From Methanosarcinales archaeon ex4572_44 (GTDB lineage Archaea; Halobacteriota; Methanosarcinia; Methanosarcinales; EX4572-44), in assembly GCA_002254825.2 (NCBI GenBank), contig NJEL02000002.1, positions 1 to 35,312 of the forward strand: DNA of 35,312 nucleotides, written 5' to 3'. A program made the position numbers and the translations under genes. Of the stretch, positions 10,489-20,811 are shown one piece after another (position 1 is the first letter of the stretch; each line of letters opens with the position of its first letter). The notes below the pieces were generated by a model that had not been told where the DNA came from, made no database searches, and saw only the letters and a program-made list of their open reading frames with translations.

Positions 10489-10881
10489 ATGGATAGACTG
10501 CTCAGGGTACGAAAAAAGCAGAAGGCAAAAAAGCCAGAATTCAAACGGGCAGACGCCCACAAAAAGAAGAGACTTGATGATAATTGGAGAAAACCACGCG
10601 GGTTGCATAACAAGTCCAGAAAACACATCAAGGGCAAGGCTAAAGTGGCACACCCAGGATACGGAAGCCCTGCCAGTGTACGCGGAATGCATCCATCAGG
10701 TTTCAGGGAAATCCTGATCCACACGCCGCAAGAGCTTGAGGGCGTTGATGCCTCAACCACTGCTGTTCGGATCGGCGGTGGCGTCGGCTGGAAGAAGAGA
10801 ACGGTGATAGAAGAGCGCGCCCAAGAACTTGGGATCAAGGTTTTGAACGCCAAGACGAGCAAGGTTGGTGAAGAAGCATGA
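10489..10881 (+). CDS. rpl32e: 50S ribosomal protein L32e
   Basis: [19 protein letters not shown]. Confidence 0.96.
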   Translation: MDRLLRVRKKQKAKKPEFKRADAHKKKRLDDNWRKPRGLHNKSRKHIKGKAKVAHPGYGSPASVRGMHPSGFREILIHTPQELEGVDASTTAVRIGGGVGWKKRTVIEERAQELGIKVLNAKTSKVGEEA

Positions 10882-11324
10882 CAGACCTATCAAACCAACG
10901 AAGGCTTGCAGCCAAGATCCTGAAAGTTGGGCTTGGAAGGGTCTGGATCGACAATGAAGCATCTGAAGATATTGCAGCAGCGATCACCCGCAAAGACGTC
11001 AGGAACTTGATCGATGAAGGAAAGATCAAGAAAAGACAGATTAAAGGTGTGAGCCGTGGGCGTGCACGCTTGCGAGATGTAAAGAGAGCCTATGGGCATC
11101 AGCGGGGGCATGGAACCCGCAAGGGTGCGAAAGGCGCACGCCATCCACGAAAGCGAGATTGGATAAAGAAGATACGTGCCCAGAGGCGAAGGCTCAGAGA
11201 GCTTCGAAGCGAAGGTACAATCGACGCCTCAACGCATCATAGACTCTATCGAAAGGCAAAGGGTGGAGAGTATCGTAGCGTGGCTCACCTTGAAGCACAC
11301 ATAGAACTATCAAAGGAGCAGTGA
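10878..11324 (+). CDS. rpl19e: 50S ribosomal protein L19e
   Basis: QRRLAAKIL...[23 protein letters not shown]. Confidence 0.97.
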   Translation: MTDLSNQRRLAAKILKVGLGRVWIDNEASEDIAAAITRKDVRNLIDEGKIKKRQIKGVSRGRARLRDVKRAYGHQRGHGTRKGAKGARHPRKRDWIKKIRAQRRRLRELRSEGTIDASTHHRLYRKAKGGEYRSVAHLEAHIELSKEQ

Positions 11325-11330
11325 ATCAAA

Positions 11331-11852
11331 GTGGCAAGAGGACCAGGGTACAAGGTGGCTTTCAGAAGACGTAGAGAAGGTCGTACCAATTATCATAGCA
11401 GAAGAAAACTGATAATATCAGGAAAACCACGACTCGTCATCAGGAAAAGCCTGAAACACACACAGATACAACTTGTGACTGCAGAACAGGGTGGCGACAA
11501 GACGCATGTCAGCGCAATATCCACAGAGCTTAAAAAATATGGCTACACGTGCAGTACATCAAATACCAGTGCAGCATACCTAACAGGTCTGTTGATGGGA
11601 TATCGTATGCTCGATTCTGGATTGGGCTCGGCAATTCTCGATATCGGGTTGCACCCCGCAATAAAAGGCTCCAGGGTCTATGCCGCGGTCAAAGGTGCCA
11701 GGGACGCTGGTGTCGACATCCCCTGCGATGAAAGGGTCTTTCCCAGCGATGAAAGAATACATGGTCAGGCGGCAGCAGAATACAATGGTAACGAGATCCC
11801 AGCTCAGTTTGAAGCTGCTGTCGAGAATATAAATAATCTCTACGAGGAATGA
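11331..11852 (+). CDS. rpl18: 50S ribosomal protein L18
   Basis: [30 protein letters not shown]. Confidence 0.96.
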   Translation: MARGPGYKVAFRRRREGRTNYHSRRKLIISGKPRLVIRKSLKHTQIQLVTAEQGGDKTHVSAISTELKKYGYTCSTSNTSAAYLTGLLMGYRMLDSGLGSAILDIGLHPAIKGSRVYAAVKGARDAGVDIPCDERVFPSDERIHGQAAAEYNGNEIPAQFEAAVENINNLYEE

Positions 11853-11856
11853 TTAT

Positions 11857-12516
11857 ATGAGGGGCAAAAAAAGGGACGATGGTCGCCGTAAACGTGAACC
11901 AAGAACTGTAAATGTGGTTGAATGGATGCCTAAGACGCGCCTTGGCCAACTTGTTAAGGATGGTCAGATCACAACGATGGATGAAGCCCTCAGGTCAGGT
12001 TTTGTGATCCGTGAAGCTGAGATCGTGGACGTACTATTACCCGATCTCAGGGAAGAAGTGATAGATATAAACATGGTCCAGCGGATGACAGACTCTGGTA
12101 GGAGAGTGAAGTTCAGGGCAACTGTGATCGTTGGAAATGGGGATGGATTCATAGGCATCGGTCAGGGCAAGGACGCGCAAGTTGGACCTGCCATAAGAAA
12201 GGCAGTTAACGCTGGAAAGCGAGGAATACTACACGTCAGGCGTGGTTGTGGTTCATGGGAGTGCGGGTGCGGCGAAGCCCACACCGTGCCCTTCGAGGTA
12301 CAGGGCAAGTCTGGAAGCGTTGTCGTCGTACTGAAGCCTGCTCCAAAAGGACTTGGTCTCGTGGCTGGCGAGACCGCGAGGAAGGTTATGGAGATTGCAG
12401 GGATAAAAGACGTGTGGACATACTCAGAGGGCAGAACCCGGACCACGTTGAACTTTGCCAAGGCAACCTACGATGCATTACAACAGACGCTCACAACAAG
12501 AGTAGTAGAGGTGTGA
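11857..12516 (+). CDS. rps5: 30S ribosomal protein S5
   Basis: [36 protein letters not shown]. Confidence 0.97.
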   Translation: MRGKKRDDGRRKREPRTVNVVEWMPKTRLGQLVKDGQITTMDEALRSGFVIREAEIVDVLLPDLREEVIDINMVQRMTDSGRRVKFRATVIVGNGDGFIGIGQGKDAQVGPAIRKAVNAGKRGILHVRRGCGSWECGCGEAHTVPFEVQGKSGSVVVVLKPAPKGLGLVAGETARKVMEIAGIKDVWTYSEGRTRTTLNFAKATYDALQQTLTTRVVEV

Positions 12517-12524
12517 AAAGTCTC

Positions 12525-12986
12525 ATGTATGCTGCGATCAGGCTTCGTGGGGGTGTGAACGCTCGCTCCGAGATCAATGAAACTCTCAGGTTGTTGCGCT
12601 TGAACCGTGTCAACCATTGCGTGGTGGTGGATGAAAATCCTCATTATAAAGGGATGCTCCAGAAAGTGGCGGGGTATATAGCATGGGGTGAGGTCTCAAA
12701 CGAGTCTCTCTCACTTCTCTTAAAGCATAGGGGCGAACTCGCTCGCGGGGTGAGGGTAACCGATGAGTACATCGAGGGCAACACAGATCATGGCTCGATA
12801 GATGAGTTCTCCCGCGCGGTCTTGCAGGGTGACGCACGTCTTAGAGATGTTCCTGGCTTAAGTCCTGTTTTCAGGCTGCACCCCCCAAGAAAAGGGCATC
12901 GGGGAATCAAGAAGAGTTACCGTGAAGGGGGAGTACTGGGTTACCACGGAGACGAGATAGCGACACTGATAAAAAAGATGAGATAA
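12525..12986 (+). CDS. rpl30: 50S ribosomal protein L30
   Basis: MYAAIRLRG...LLRLNRVNH...FRLHPPRKG; true start is the internal ATG 12525 of track ORF 12246..12986. Confidence 0.95.
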   Translation: MYAAIRLRGGVNARSEINETLRLLRLNRVNHCVVVDENPHYKGMLQKVAGYIAWGEVSNESLSLLLKHRGELARGVRVTDEYIEGNTDHGSIDEFSRAVLQGDARLRDVPGLSPVFRLHPPRKGHRGIKKSYREGGVLGYHGDEIATLIKKMR

Positions 12987-13010
12987 TAATATATATTTTG
13001 GTGGTTATGT

Positions 13011-13436
13011 ATGGGCAAGGAAAAAGCTAAGAAATATCGGGGATCTCGCACTTGCGGCGGCGGCACCCACAAGAACCGACGAGGTGCAGGCAGCCGAGGC
13101 GGACGCGGGAATGCTGGTGTATACAAACACCATGCAATGAGAACATCAAAAATGGGACTGAAACAGGGCAAACACGGGTTCACATGTCACGCAGCAACAC
13201 GAATAAAAACGATCGTGAACGTTAGTGAACTCGATGAGATCATTGAAGAACTCGTATCGGATGGAATAGCACGAAAGGAAGATGACTCCTATCATCTGAG
13301 CCTCGCAGACCTGGGAATCGATAAGGTGCTCGGCACAGGCAGAGTCACAAAAAGAATGATGATCCAGGCAGAAGAAGCCAGTCCCAGAGCAAAATCCAAG
13401 ATCGAGAGCGTCGGTGGATCTATAACAACAAAATAA
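13011..13436 (+). CDS. rpl15: 50S ribosomal protein L15
   Basis: RGSRTCGGG...RGAGSRGGRGNAG, KVLGTG, KIESVGG. Confidence 0.96.
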   Translation: MGKEKAKKYRGSRTCGGGTHKNRRGAGSRGGRGNAGVYKHHAMRTSKMGLKQGKHGFTCHAATRIKTIVNVSELDEIIEELVSDGIARKEDDSYHLSLADLGIDKVLGTGRVTKRMMIQAEEASPRAKSKIESVGGSITTK

Positions 13437-13472
13437 AAAAACAACCGCTAAACCCAACGGAGAACGGCCAAG

Positions 13473-14942
13473 ATGAGCATATTCGAAGCCCTTTCACCAG
13501 TACTATTACGACTGCCTTCGGTCTCACGTCCAGAAGGGCACCTCCCATTCAAAACACGGATGATGTGGACAATCGGAATACTTATACTATACTTTGCACT
13601 TTCAAACGTTCCACTCTTCGGACTCTCAGCAGAGTCGATCGATCTTTTCGAAATGTACCGTGCATTCTTTGCAGGAGCTTCAGGCTCGATCCTACTCCTC
13701 GGAATAGGTCCAATCGTTACCGCATCAATCGTTTTACAACTACTTGTTGGTGCAAACGTAATCAGGATGGATCTCTCCGATCCACATCAACAGGCACTCT
13801 TCCAGGGTGCTCAGAAGTTACTCGTCTTCGTGATGATCACACTTGAAACGCTCCCACAACTATTCGGCGGTTTCATAAAACCTGATGAAGCAATAGCAGC
13901 CACGCTCGGCGTCGGCATAAACATCGTAGTGCTGATACTATTCATCCAGATATTCATCGGCGGAGTACTGATCCTATTTATGGATGAAATAGTCTCAAAA
14001 TGGGGGATAGGATCAGGCGTAGGACTCTTTATAATCGCAGGCGTCTCACAACAGATCATCACAGGCGTCTTCAACTGGAAACTCAACAAAGGAACAGGAA
14101 TCCCGATCGGACTGATACCAAAATGGGTGTACCTCATACAAAACGAAGGAGTAGAGTACCTATTATCAAGCGATATGCTAATACAGGGCGGTATACTCGC
14201 ATTAGTCACCACAGTCGCGATTTTCCTGATGGTCGTCTACGTCGAGAGCACAAGAATCGAGATACCGCTCGCACATAGCGCTGTTAGAGGTGCTCGCGGC
14301 AGATTCCCTGTAAAACTGATCTATGCAAGCGTACTCCCGATGATCCTCGTACGAGCACTCCAGGCAAACATCCAGATGATAGGCACAGTCCTCTACAGCC
14401 GCGGCATAACCATCTTTGGCGAGTACAGCGGTAGCACGCCACTCAACGGAATAATGTACTACCTTGCACCACTACACAGCCCAAACGACTGGATTCCTTC
14501 TCTCGTGGATCAGCACTACACAAGCCTCGGAGCAGCAGTACCAGCAGGATGGCAGATATTCCTCCACGTAATAACAGACGCGGCATTTCTCATAGTCGGC
14601 GGAATAGTATTTGCCATCTTTTGGATTGAAACGACAGGCATGGATGCAAAGAGCGTGGCAGCAAAGATCGGAGGCTCAGGCATGCAGATACCAGGATTCA
14701 GGCGAAGCACAGGCAGCATCGAACGCGTAATGCAACGATATATCCCAGGGGTAACTGTCATCGGTGGTGCATTTATAGGTTTTCTAACGTTCTTAGCAAG
14801 CCTCCTTGGAACAATAGGAGGCGTCGGCGGAACAGGCCTGCTGCTCACAGTAAGCATCATGTATCGCCTCTATGAAGACATAGCATCAGAGCAAATGATG
14901 GAAATACACCCAATGCTTCGTGGATTCCTCGGAGGGAGCTAA
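13473..14942 (+). CDS. secY: Protein translocase subunit SecY
   Basis: LGIGPIVTASIVLQLL, SKWGIGSGVGLFI, FPVKLIYAS, GTGLLLTV; many hydrophobic segments. Confidence 0.97.
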   Translation: MSIFEALSPVLLRLPSVSRPEGHLPFKTRMMWTIGILILYFALSNVPLFGLSAESIDLFEMYRAFFAGASGSILLLGIGPIVTASIVLQLLVGANVIRMDLSDPHQQALFQGAQKLLVFVMITLETLPQLFGGFIKPDEAIAATLGVGINIVVLILFIQIFIGGVLILFMDEIVSKWGIGSGVGLFIIAGVSQQIITGVFNWKLNKGTGIPIGLIPKWVYLIQNEGVEYLLSSDMLIQGGILALVTTVAIFLMVVYVESTRIEIPLAHSAVRGARGRFPVKLIYASVLPMILVRALQANIQMIGTVLYSRGITIFGEYSGSTPLNGIMYYLAPLHSPNDWIPSLVDQHYTSLGAAVPAGWQIFLHVITDAAFLIVGGIVFAIFWIETTGMDAKSVAAKIGGSGMQIPGFRRSTGSIERVMQRYIPGVTVIGGAFIGFLTFLASLLGTIGGVGGTGLLLTVSIMYRLYEDIASEQMMEIHPMLRGFLGGS

Positions 14943-14963
14943 AAAATCGTAGAGAGCCACTCT

Positions 14964-16254
14964 CTACGATTTTGGGGGGTATTTGTAGAAGAGTGTTATG
15001 CCATATTCGTCTGGTGGGTTTTTCATCTCTCTCCATAGTATGTATTCTGGTGTTATGTCTTTTGTTTTGAACCAGTACCAATTCATTTTGGCGCTGTCAA
15101 GTCGCTGGTATTGGTTGCTCAGTTTGTTCTGTACTTTTGGCGCGTCTGTGTCGTGGACTACGATCAATGGCGCGTTCAGTTGTGAGTCAGTTTTTACTTT
15201 CCAGCGTATGTTTTCATAATGACGTAGGTACCAGAGGAATTGTGTTTCGATCGCGGTGTCGGTTACATGGATTTCCGTGTTATATCTGTCCCAGTGGTTC
15301 GCGACTTCATCGATTTTGTCCAGCATTTCTTGGAATTTTTGTGGTGGTTGTGCTGCCTGAATCAGTGGTTCTGCCGGGTCTGTGTAATTGTGGTAGTTGA
15401 GTTGGAGGCTTGAGAAGACAAGCAGTAGGGTGGTCGTGATGAAGATTGCTACGAGTATCTGTCTGGTTTGCGGGTTGTTATTCTGGTGTTTCTGTAGTGT
15501 CTCGTTCAGTGTGGTTGATGCGAGGAGGATCATAGGTAGGAGTATGTGTATTGTGAGCCATGGTACTTTCTCTCCGAGGTAGGAGTATGCTGCAAGGCTT
15601 GTTAGGGTCCAGTAGATTAGGAATATTCTGAATCGGGCTGGTTTCTCTGGTTTTTGGATTGCTCCGATTGCTGCGAAGATCACGATCGGTAGTTCGTACA
15701 GTAATAGGATTGGGATATAGAAGTATGGTGGCCCACTGACGCGTTCTGTGGTGTGCATCCTGTACCAGTGGGTTAAGGCTGATTCAAAGGATGTTGCAAA
15801 GCCATGTGGATTTGAGAAAAAATCTGTGTAGAAGAGTGCATATACTATTAAAAAGGATGCGAGTATCGTTATTGTTGCTTGGTGGTGTTTTTTGATAGAT
15901 CTCCATGGTTGCAGTGGTTTTTTTGATATAATGTCCAGCAGGCATATGAGTGCGAGGTAGGATGTAAAGATCGCTATGTAGATGTACGTGTTCTCCTTTG
16001 CTGATGCAGAAAGCCCAAAGAATATTCCCGCACCAGCTGCAAAGAAGAGATTTCTTTTATCGTTGTATTTCAGGATACAGATTATGGCTGCAAGCATGAA
16101 GAAGGCTACAAACATGTCGTTTCTGAAGAAACGAGAGTAATAAAGGAAGGATGGTGATATGGCAAGGAAGAAGGCTGCAATGATTGCACCGCGCCTCAAA
16201 GAGGGCGAGTGTGATGATCTCTATCTGTACACGGTACTTGGTCAGTGGTTGCAT
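14964..16254 (-). pseudogene. TIGR03663/Agl23-like GT-C (PMT-family) membrane protein with an N-terminal internal deletion and frameshift
   Basis: ORF 14964..16199 has SPSFLYYSRFFRND, SAKEN, GPPYFY and GEKVPW but begins mid-domain. A short N-terminus MQPLTKYRVQIEIITLALF (ATG 16254) lies in another frame directly upstream. Confidence 0.65.
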
Positions 16255-16328
16255 TATCTAACACCGTCTGCTCGTGTTATGGTGGTCATGTAGATGGTTA
16301 TATATGTTGTTGTTAGAGTTATATCTGT

Positions 16329-18350
16329 ATGCGTGAAATTCCGGTTGGTAATGGCAGATTGCTTGTAAACTTTGATGCTGATTATCAGATCCGTGACATC
16401 TATTATCCTCATGTCGGTCTTGAGAATCATGGTGTTGGTTTTCCGTTCCGCTTCGGTCTATGGGTGGACGGTGATTTTTCGTGGATGGGGGATGAGTGGG
16501 AGAAGAGTTTGAAGTATCTCCCTGAGACCCTTGTGACCGATGTGAGACTTGTGAATAGAAGGCTTGGAATTGAGTTATTGTGCAATGACGTGGTCGATAT
16601 CGGGAGGGATATTTACATCCGTCAGATCAGAGTGGTTAACGAGCGGGATGAACTTCGGGAGGTGCGGTTGTTCTTCCATCAGGATTTTAGGATTATGGAA
16701 AATGCTGTTGGAGATACTGCAAGTTATGATCCTGGCACCGGCAGCGTGATTCATTATAAGGGCAAGAGATATTTTCTCGTCAGTGCTATTCGTGATGGTA
16801 AAAAAGGTGTTGATCAGTTTGCCACAGGTTTCAAGCAGTTTCACAATTTTGAAGGCACTTGGAAGGATGCTGAGGATGGTGTGCTCAGCAGGGGTCCAAT
16901 TGCACAGGGTTCTGTCGATTCCACGGTTGGTGTGAACCTTGTGCTTGATCCTCGTGGCGAGAAGGCAGTGTATTATATCATTGCTGTTGGGCGTGATTAT
17001 GGTACGGTTAGGGAGGGGTATTATTATCTGCTAGACCGTACACCGAGTTATTTCATACACCGCACAGAGAACTACTGGAAGAGGTGGGTGAACAAGACCG
17101 ATTTCAACTTCACGAACCTGCCTCCTCCAATTGTCGAGTTTTTTAAGAAGAGTCTTTTAATCCTCAGAACCCAGGTTGATGAGGGCGGTGCGATCATCGC
17201 AGCCAACGATACCGATATTCTCCAATTTGGTCGTGACACGTACAGTTACATGTGGCCAAGGGATGGTGCACTTGTGGCTTACGGGCTTGGTCTTTCGAAC
17301 AATCCTGCTATTGCAGAGCGTTTCTTCACATTCTGTTCAGGCATTCTGATGCATATCGGGTATCTCTTTCACAAGTACAATCCGGACGGGTCTATCGGGA
17401 GTTCCTGGCATCCTTGGATCATAGATGGTAGGAGGGTGCTTCCAATTCAAGAAGATGAGACTGCACTTGTGATCTGGGCATTGTGGGAGCATTTCGAGCG
17501 TTTTCGAAATATCGACTTTATTCGCTCGATCTATCATCCGTTGATCACGCAGGCTTCCGATTTCATGGTGAAGTATCGGGATAACGAGACAGGTCTCCCT
17601 GATCAGTCGTATGATCTCTGGGAGGAGCGGCGTGGCATTCACACCTTCACAACCTCTGCCGTCTACGGTGGCCTGATTGCAGCCGCTCGCTTTGCCGAGC
17701 TCTTCCATGACACCAGTGCCTGCAGGGAATACAATGCTGCAGCCCGTGAGATCAGATCTGGGTTGGAGCGGTATCTTTACAGTGAGGAGCTTAGGCGTTT
17801 TGTTCGAAGGATTGTTCCGAAGGGGTATGATGTTGATGGCGGTTTTGAGGTGGACGAGACCATTGATGCAAGCCTCTATGGAATATTTAAGTTCGGGGTC
17901 TTCAAGCCTGATGACCCGCGTGTGATCGATACCATGAAGACCATTGAAGATCGGCTCTGGGTCAAGAGTGATGTTGGTGGTGTTGCCCGTTACGAGGACG
18001 ATTATTATCACCGAGTTAGTAAGGATATAGCGAATGTACCAGGTAATCCATGGTTCATCTGCACGCTCTGGCTTGCACAGCATCGTATTGCAGTGGCACG
18101 CACGGTGAAAGAGTTAAAACTGGCAATCCCGCTCATGGAGTGGGTTGTTAGGCATGCCACGCCTTCGGGTGTTCTGGCTGAGCAGTTGGACCCTTATACT
18201 GGTGAACCGCTTTCGGTAAGCCCGCTCACGTGGAGCCATGGAGAGTTTGTAGCGACCGTGATGGAGTTTATTGAGAAGACAAAAAATCTGACCGTTTCAG
18301 CCGTCCTTGAATCGTATCATCTTGGTAGCGCTAAAAAGCGAAGTCCTTGA
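16329..18350 (+). CDS. Glycoside hydrolase family 15 (glucoamylase/trehalase-like)
   Basis: GAIIAA, YSYMWPRDG, QEDET, DLWEE (catalytic acid), LAEQ (catalytic base), PLTWSH. TTATATA about 25 nt upstream suggests a leaderless mRNA. Confidence 0.93.
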   Translation: MREIPVGNGRLLVNFDADYQIRDIYYPHVGLENHGVGFPFRFGLWVDGDFSWMGDEWEKSLKYLPETLVTDVRLVNRRLGIELLCNDVVDIGRDIYIRQIRVVNERDELREVRLFFHQDFRIMENAVGDTASYDPGTGSVIHYKGKRYFLVSAIRDGKKGVDQFATGFKQFHNFEGTWKDAEDGVLSRGPIAQGSVDSTVGVNLVLDPRGEKAVYYIIAVGRDYGTVREGYYYLLDRTPSYFIHRTENYWKRWVNKTDFNFTNLPPPIVEFFKKSLLILRTQVDEGGAIIAANDTDILQFGRDTYSYMWPRDGALVAYGLGLSNNPAIAERFFTFCSGILMHIGYLFHKYNPDGSIGSSWHPWIIDGRRVLPIQEDETALVIWALWEHFERFRNIDFIRSIYHPLITQASDFMVKYRDNETGLPDQSYDLWEERRGIHTFTTSAVYGGLIAAARFAELFHDTSACREYNAAAREIRSGLERYLYSEELRRFVRRIVPKGYDVDGGFEVDETIDASLYGIFKFGVFKPDDPRVIDTMKTIEDRLWVKSDVGGVARYEDDYYHRVSKDIANVPGNPWFICTLWLAQHRIAVARTVKELKLAIPLMEWVVRHATPSGVLAEQLDPYTGEPLSVSPLTWSHGEFVATVMEFIEKTKNLTVSAVLESYHLGSAKKRSP

Positions 18351-19422
18351 GTTCGTTGTATCGTTCGTAAACGAGTTCTTTGAATTTTTCAGGTTTTGCT
18401 CTGATGAGCGCTGCAAGCTCGAAGTCGCCGAGGTACTCTAACCATTTGATGATCCACCCAATCTCCTCTCCCTTGATCTCGTTGAGGTGTTCAATCAGTC
18501 CCTGCAACCCGTTACAGACTCTGTTTAGTGCGCAGTAGCCTTCTTTTCCCTCACCAAGTATTATTCTCCGTGCAATCTTGCATCGATGCACTGCTTCCTC
18601 TTTTGTGATCCAGTCAAGGTCACGACAGTTCCTGAAGCCCTTGAGCTGGTGTATCGTCTCTATGCTTTTTGCAGCCCTCCCTGCGAGTTCGAGCAGCATT
18701 TCGTTGTCCAACCCCGAGAGTGCGTAAGGTGTCTCATAGTAGCATTCGATAGCACCGATCACAGAGTTCTCTGCAATGAGGGGTATCCCAATTGCAGATG
18801 ATGGTGTTGTGCCGTTTTTGATCGTTGAAACACCTGTCCGTTTGGAAACATCCTCTGGTGTGATTGCAATCTTGATCTCAGCATGTCTGAGAGCATCTCC
18901 CACAAGTGTCTCATGCGTGCTGAGATCGATGGGCAGTACATCTCCTGCCACGTTCTCTGTGTATACTGGCGTGAGATGTGAGTCTTTCAGGAGGTAGATT
19001 ATGATTGCCTCGGATCCTGCAGTCTTCTGGATCAGGCTTGATATTATCTCTATGGTTTTATCAAGGTTCAGACATGCTATGAGAGCGTCTCCTGTCTCTC
19101 TGATTGCATCCCGTAGTTCCATTCCTGTTCGCTCCCACATCTCGAAGTATTCTTTGTAGACGAGGCTGAAATTCATTATGAATTCGAGGAAGAAGACCGA
19201 TGATTTTGAGACTATGAGTGGTATCTCTTGGAATGGTACCTCCTCTGTGAGCTTGCCGAGGGCATCGGTATGCACTGCTGTTATTTCTTCGAGACCAGTC
19301 TTCTCACGTATGCACTCTCTACTGAACTCATAGGCGTTGTAGAGAGCGGTCTCATCATCTCCTCCGAATAGGTACTCGTTGAGCAGTTCTGTATATGTCT
19401 CTTCAAGTTTTTCAGGAGTCAC
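18331..19422 (-). CDS. Stressosome downstream effector: RsbU N-terminal domain + GAF + small C-terminal domain (possibly DUF5752-like)
   Basis: N-terminus YTELLNEYL..ETALYNAYEFSR..EEITAVH matches Bacillus RsbU_N (ETSLYQAQKFSR..EEIISIH). The middle has GAF features (AIGIPLIAENSVIGAI..LAGRAA). No PP2C or kinase motifs. Confidence 0.8.
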   Translation of the reverse strand: MTPEKLEETYTELLNEYLFGGDDETALYNAYEFSRECIREKTGLEEITAVHTDALGKLTEEVPFQEIPLIVSKSSVFFLEFIMNFSLVYKEYFEMWERTGMELRDAIRETGDALIACLNLDKTIEIISSLIQKTAGSEAIIIYLLKDSHLTPVYTENVAGDVLPIDLSTHETLVGDALRHAEIKIAITPEDVSKRTGVSTIKNGTTPSSAIGIPLIAENSVIGAIECYYETPYALSGLDNEMLLELAGRAAKSIETIHQLKGFRNCRDLDWITKEEAVHRCKIARRIILGEGKEGYCALNRVCNGLQGLIEHLNEIKGEEIGWIIKWLEYLGDFELAALIRAKPEKFKELVYERYNELKDFAF

Positions 19423-20018
19423 TCTGATCTCCTCTCGCGTGCCACTACAATGGTTGCATCATCTGTTCCCCGCGCATACTCTCGGAACAACGCATCTGCG
19501 ATCCTCTCTTCATCCTGGCTGCAGAGTCGCAGGAGAAGCTCTCGGTTGATACCTGATCGTATCCCGTCTGAGTGCATCAGTATCAGATCTCCACTGGTGT
19601 AGGGGTATGTGTGCTCTATTACCCTTTGCATGTTGTACCCGATGATTCCACCTGTTGAGATCGGGTAGCTGTTCTCGCTCCCAATTATCCTGGTGGTGAT
19701 ATTCCCAACCCCTGCAAAATGGATCCTACCCTCATCTATTTTTATTATCACTACTGCCATGACAACGCCATCGGTAGCTCTGAGTGCATCATCACACGCA
19801 TAAAAGAGACCCGTCAGGGTGAAATCCTCTCTGGAGCGAATGTAGTCTCTTATTGTCTTCACACAGATAGTTGCAGCCCTTTCTGCATGATCTCCATGCC
19901 CGATGCCATCAATAAGACTGATCAGAATGCCCTGGTTTATCTCTTCCACCAGGTATGCATCGCCGTTTGCGGTGAACCCCTTCTTCGCCCTGCTGATAGC
20001 ACCCACGCCCATTTTCAT
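19419..20018 (-). CDS. rsbX: RsbX-like SpoIIE/PP2C phosphoserine phosphatase
   Basis: NGDAY, IDGIGHG, GVGNI, HSDGI, DDAT; start placed at the ATGA overlap at 20018. Confidence 0.85.
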   Translation of the reverse strand: MKMGVGAISRAKKGFTANGDAYLVEEINQGILISLIDGIGHGDHAERAATICVKTIRDYIRSREDFTLTGLFYACDDALRATDGVVMAVVIIKIDEGRIHFAGVGNITTRIIGSENSYPISTGGIIGYNMQRVIEHTYPYTSGDLILMHSDGIRSGINRELLLRLCSQDEERIADALFREYARGTDDATIVVARERRSE

Positions 20019-20392
20019 CTCAACCACTTTCTGATCCGTACGCATGTTCCATCCTTCCCGGTGTCGATAGAGAGCTCATCCATCATGTGTTCAACACCCA
20101 GTAGCCCGATGCCAAGCCCATGGCTCACGCTCTTATCTCCATTATCTATAATTCCACTGCCCGAGTCCCTGCAGACGATCTCAATCCCCTGCTCGTTGGG
20201 GTGCACCTCAACCGTTCCAGCACCTGCATACTTCACTGCGTTCTCGGCGAGCTCTGAGACGGCAGTTGCGATCCGATGTTGATCATAGATACCAAAACCT
20301 ATTCTCTCTGCAATCTCTATCACACTCTCCCGCATGTTTATGATACCTGCCAGATTCTGGACATGAAAGACTCCCTCTCGCATTGGGCTCAT
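20015..20392 (-). CDS. Second RsbT-like HATPase_c protein
   Basis: AVSELAENAVKYA (N box), DSGSGI (G1), GLGIGL (G2); ATGA overlap with rsbT. Confidence 0.85.
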   Translation of the reverse strand: MSPMREGVFHVQNLAGIINMRESVIEIAERIGFGIYDQHRIATAVSELAENAVKYAGAGTVEVHPNEQGIEIVCRDSGSGIIDNGDKSVSHGLGIGLLGVEHMMDELSIDTGKDGTCVRIRKWLR

Positions 20393-20811
20393 CGTCGTCT
20401 CAGCCATTTTTTGATGGTTATGATGGTTCCCTCACCTGGCTTTGATTTGATCTCAAACTCGTCCATGAGTTGCTTTGCACCAGATAGCCCGAGTCCAAGG
20501 CTGCCTGATGTACTGACCCCGCCTTTGAGCACAAGTCCAATATCCTTTATCCCAGGACCTTCATCTACACATACCACCACGATACCATTCTTATCACCAG
20601 TCTCACTTTGCGCCTTTTCAATTGTCACCTCTCCCTTGCCTGCATAGGTTACGATATTTCTTGTGAGTTCAGAGATGGCGGTGGTGATCTTTGTCTGATC
20701 CACCACGTTAAAACCCATTTTCATCGCAAGCTCGCGCCCCTTGCCCCGCGCAGCGATTATATCAGCGCTCGATGCAATATTCACCTTCGTCATCTCCTCA
20801 TCTTCGCTCAC
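20389..20811 (-). CDS. rsbT: Stressosome switch kinase RsbT
   Basis: DIIAARGKGRELA..GF..DQTKITTAISELTRNIVTYA, DEGPGI, STSGSLGLGLSGAKQLMDEF. GTG 20811 overlaps the rsbS stop; ATG 20793 is an alternative start. Confidence 0.92.
   Translation of the reverse strand: MSEDEEMTKVNIASSADIIAARGKGRELAMKMGFNVVDQTKITTAISELTRNIVTYAGKGEVTIEKAQSETGDKNGIVVVCVDEGPGIKDIGLVLKGGVSTSGSLGLGLSGAKQLMDEFEIKSKPGEGTIITIKKWLRRR

Noticed and set aside
12246..12524. 93-aa N-terminal extension on L30
   Set aside because: Overlaps rps5 in another frame; L30 similarity begins at ATG 12525.
6571..14960. No aIF1 after L29 and no adk after secY
   Set aside because: Such gene-order variation is common among euryarchaea.
17337..18083. 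248-aa minus-strand ORF inside GH15, and similar shadows in ileS, herA and r-protein genes
   Set aside because: Antisense to confidently identified genes, with no motifs.
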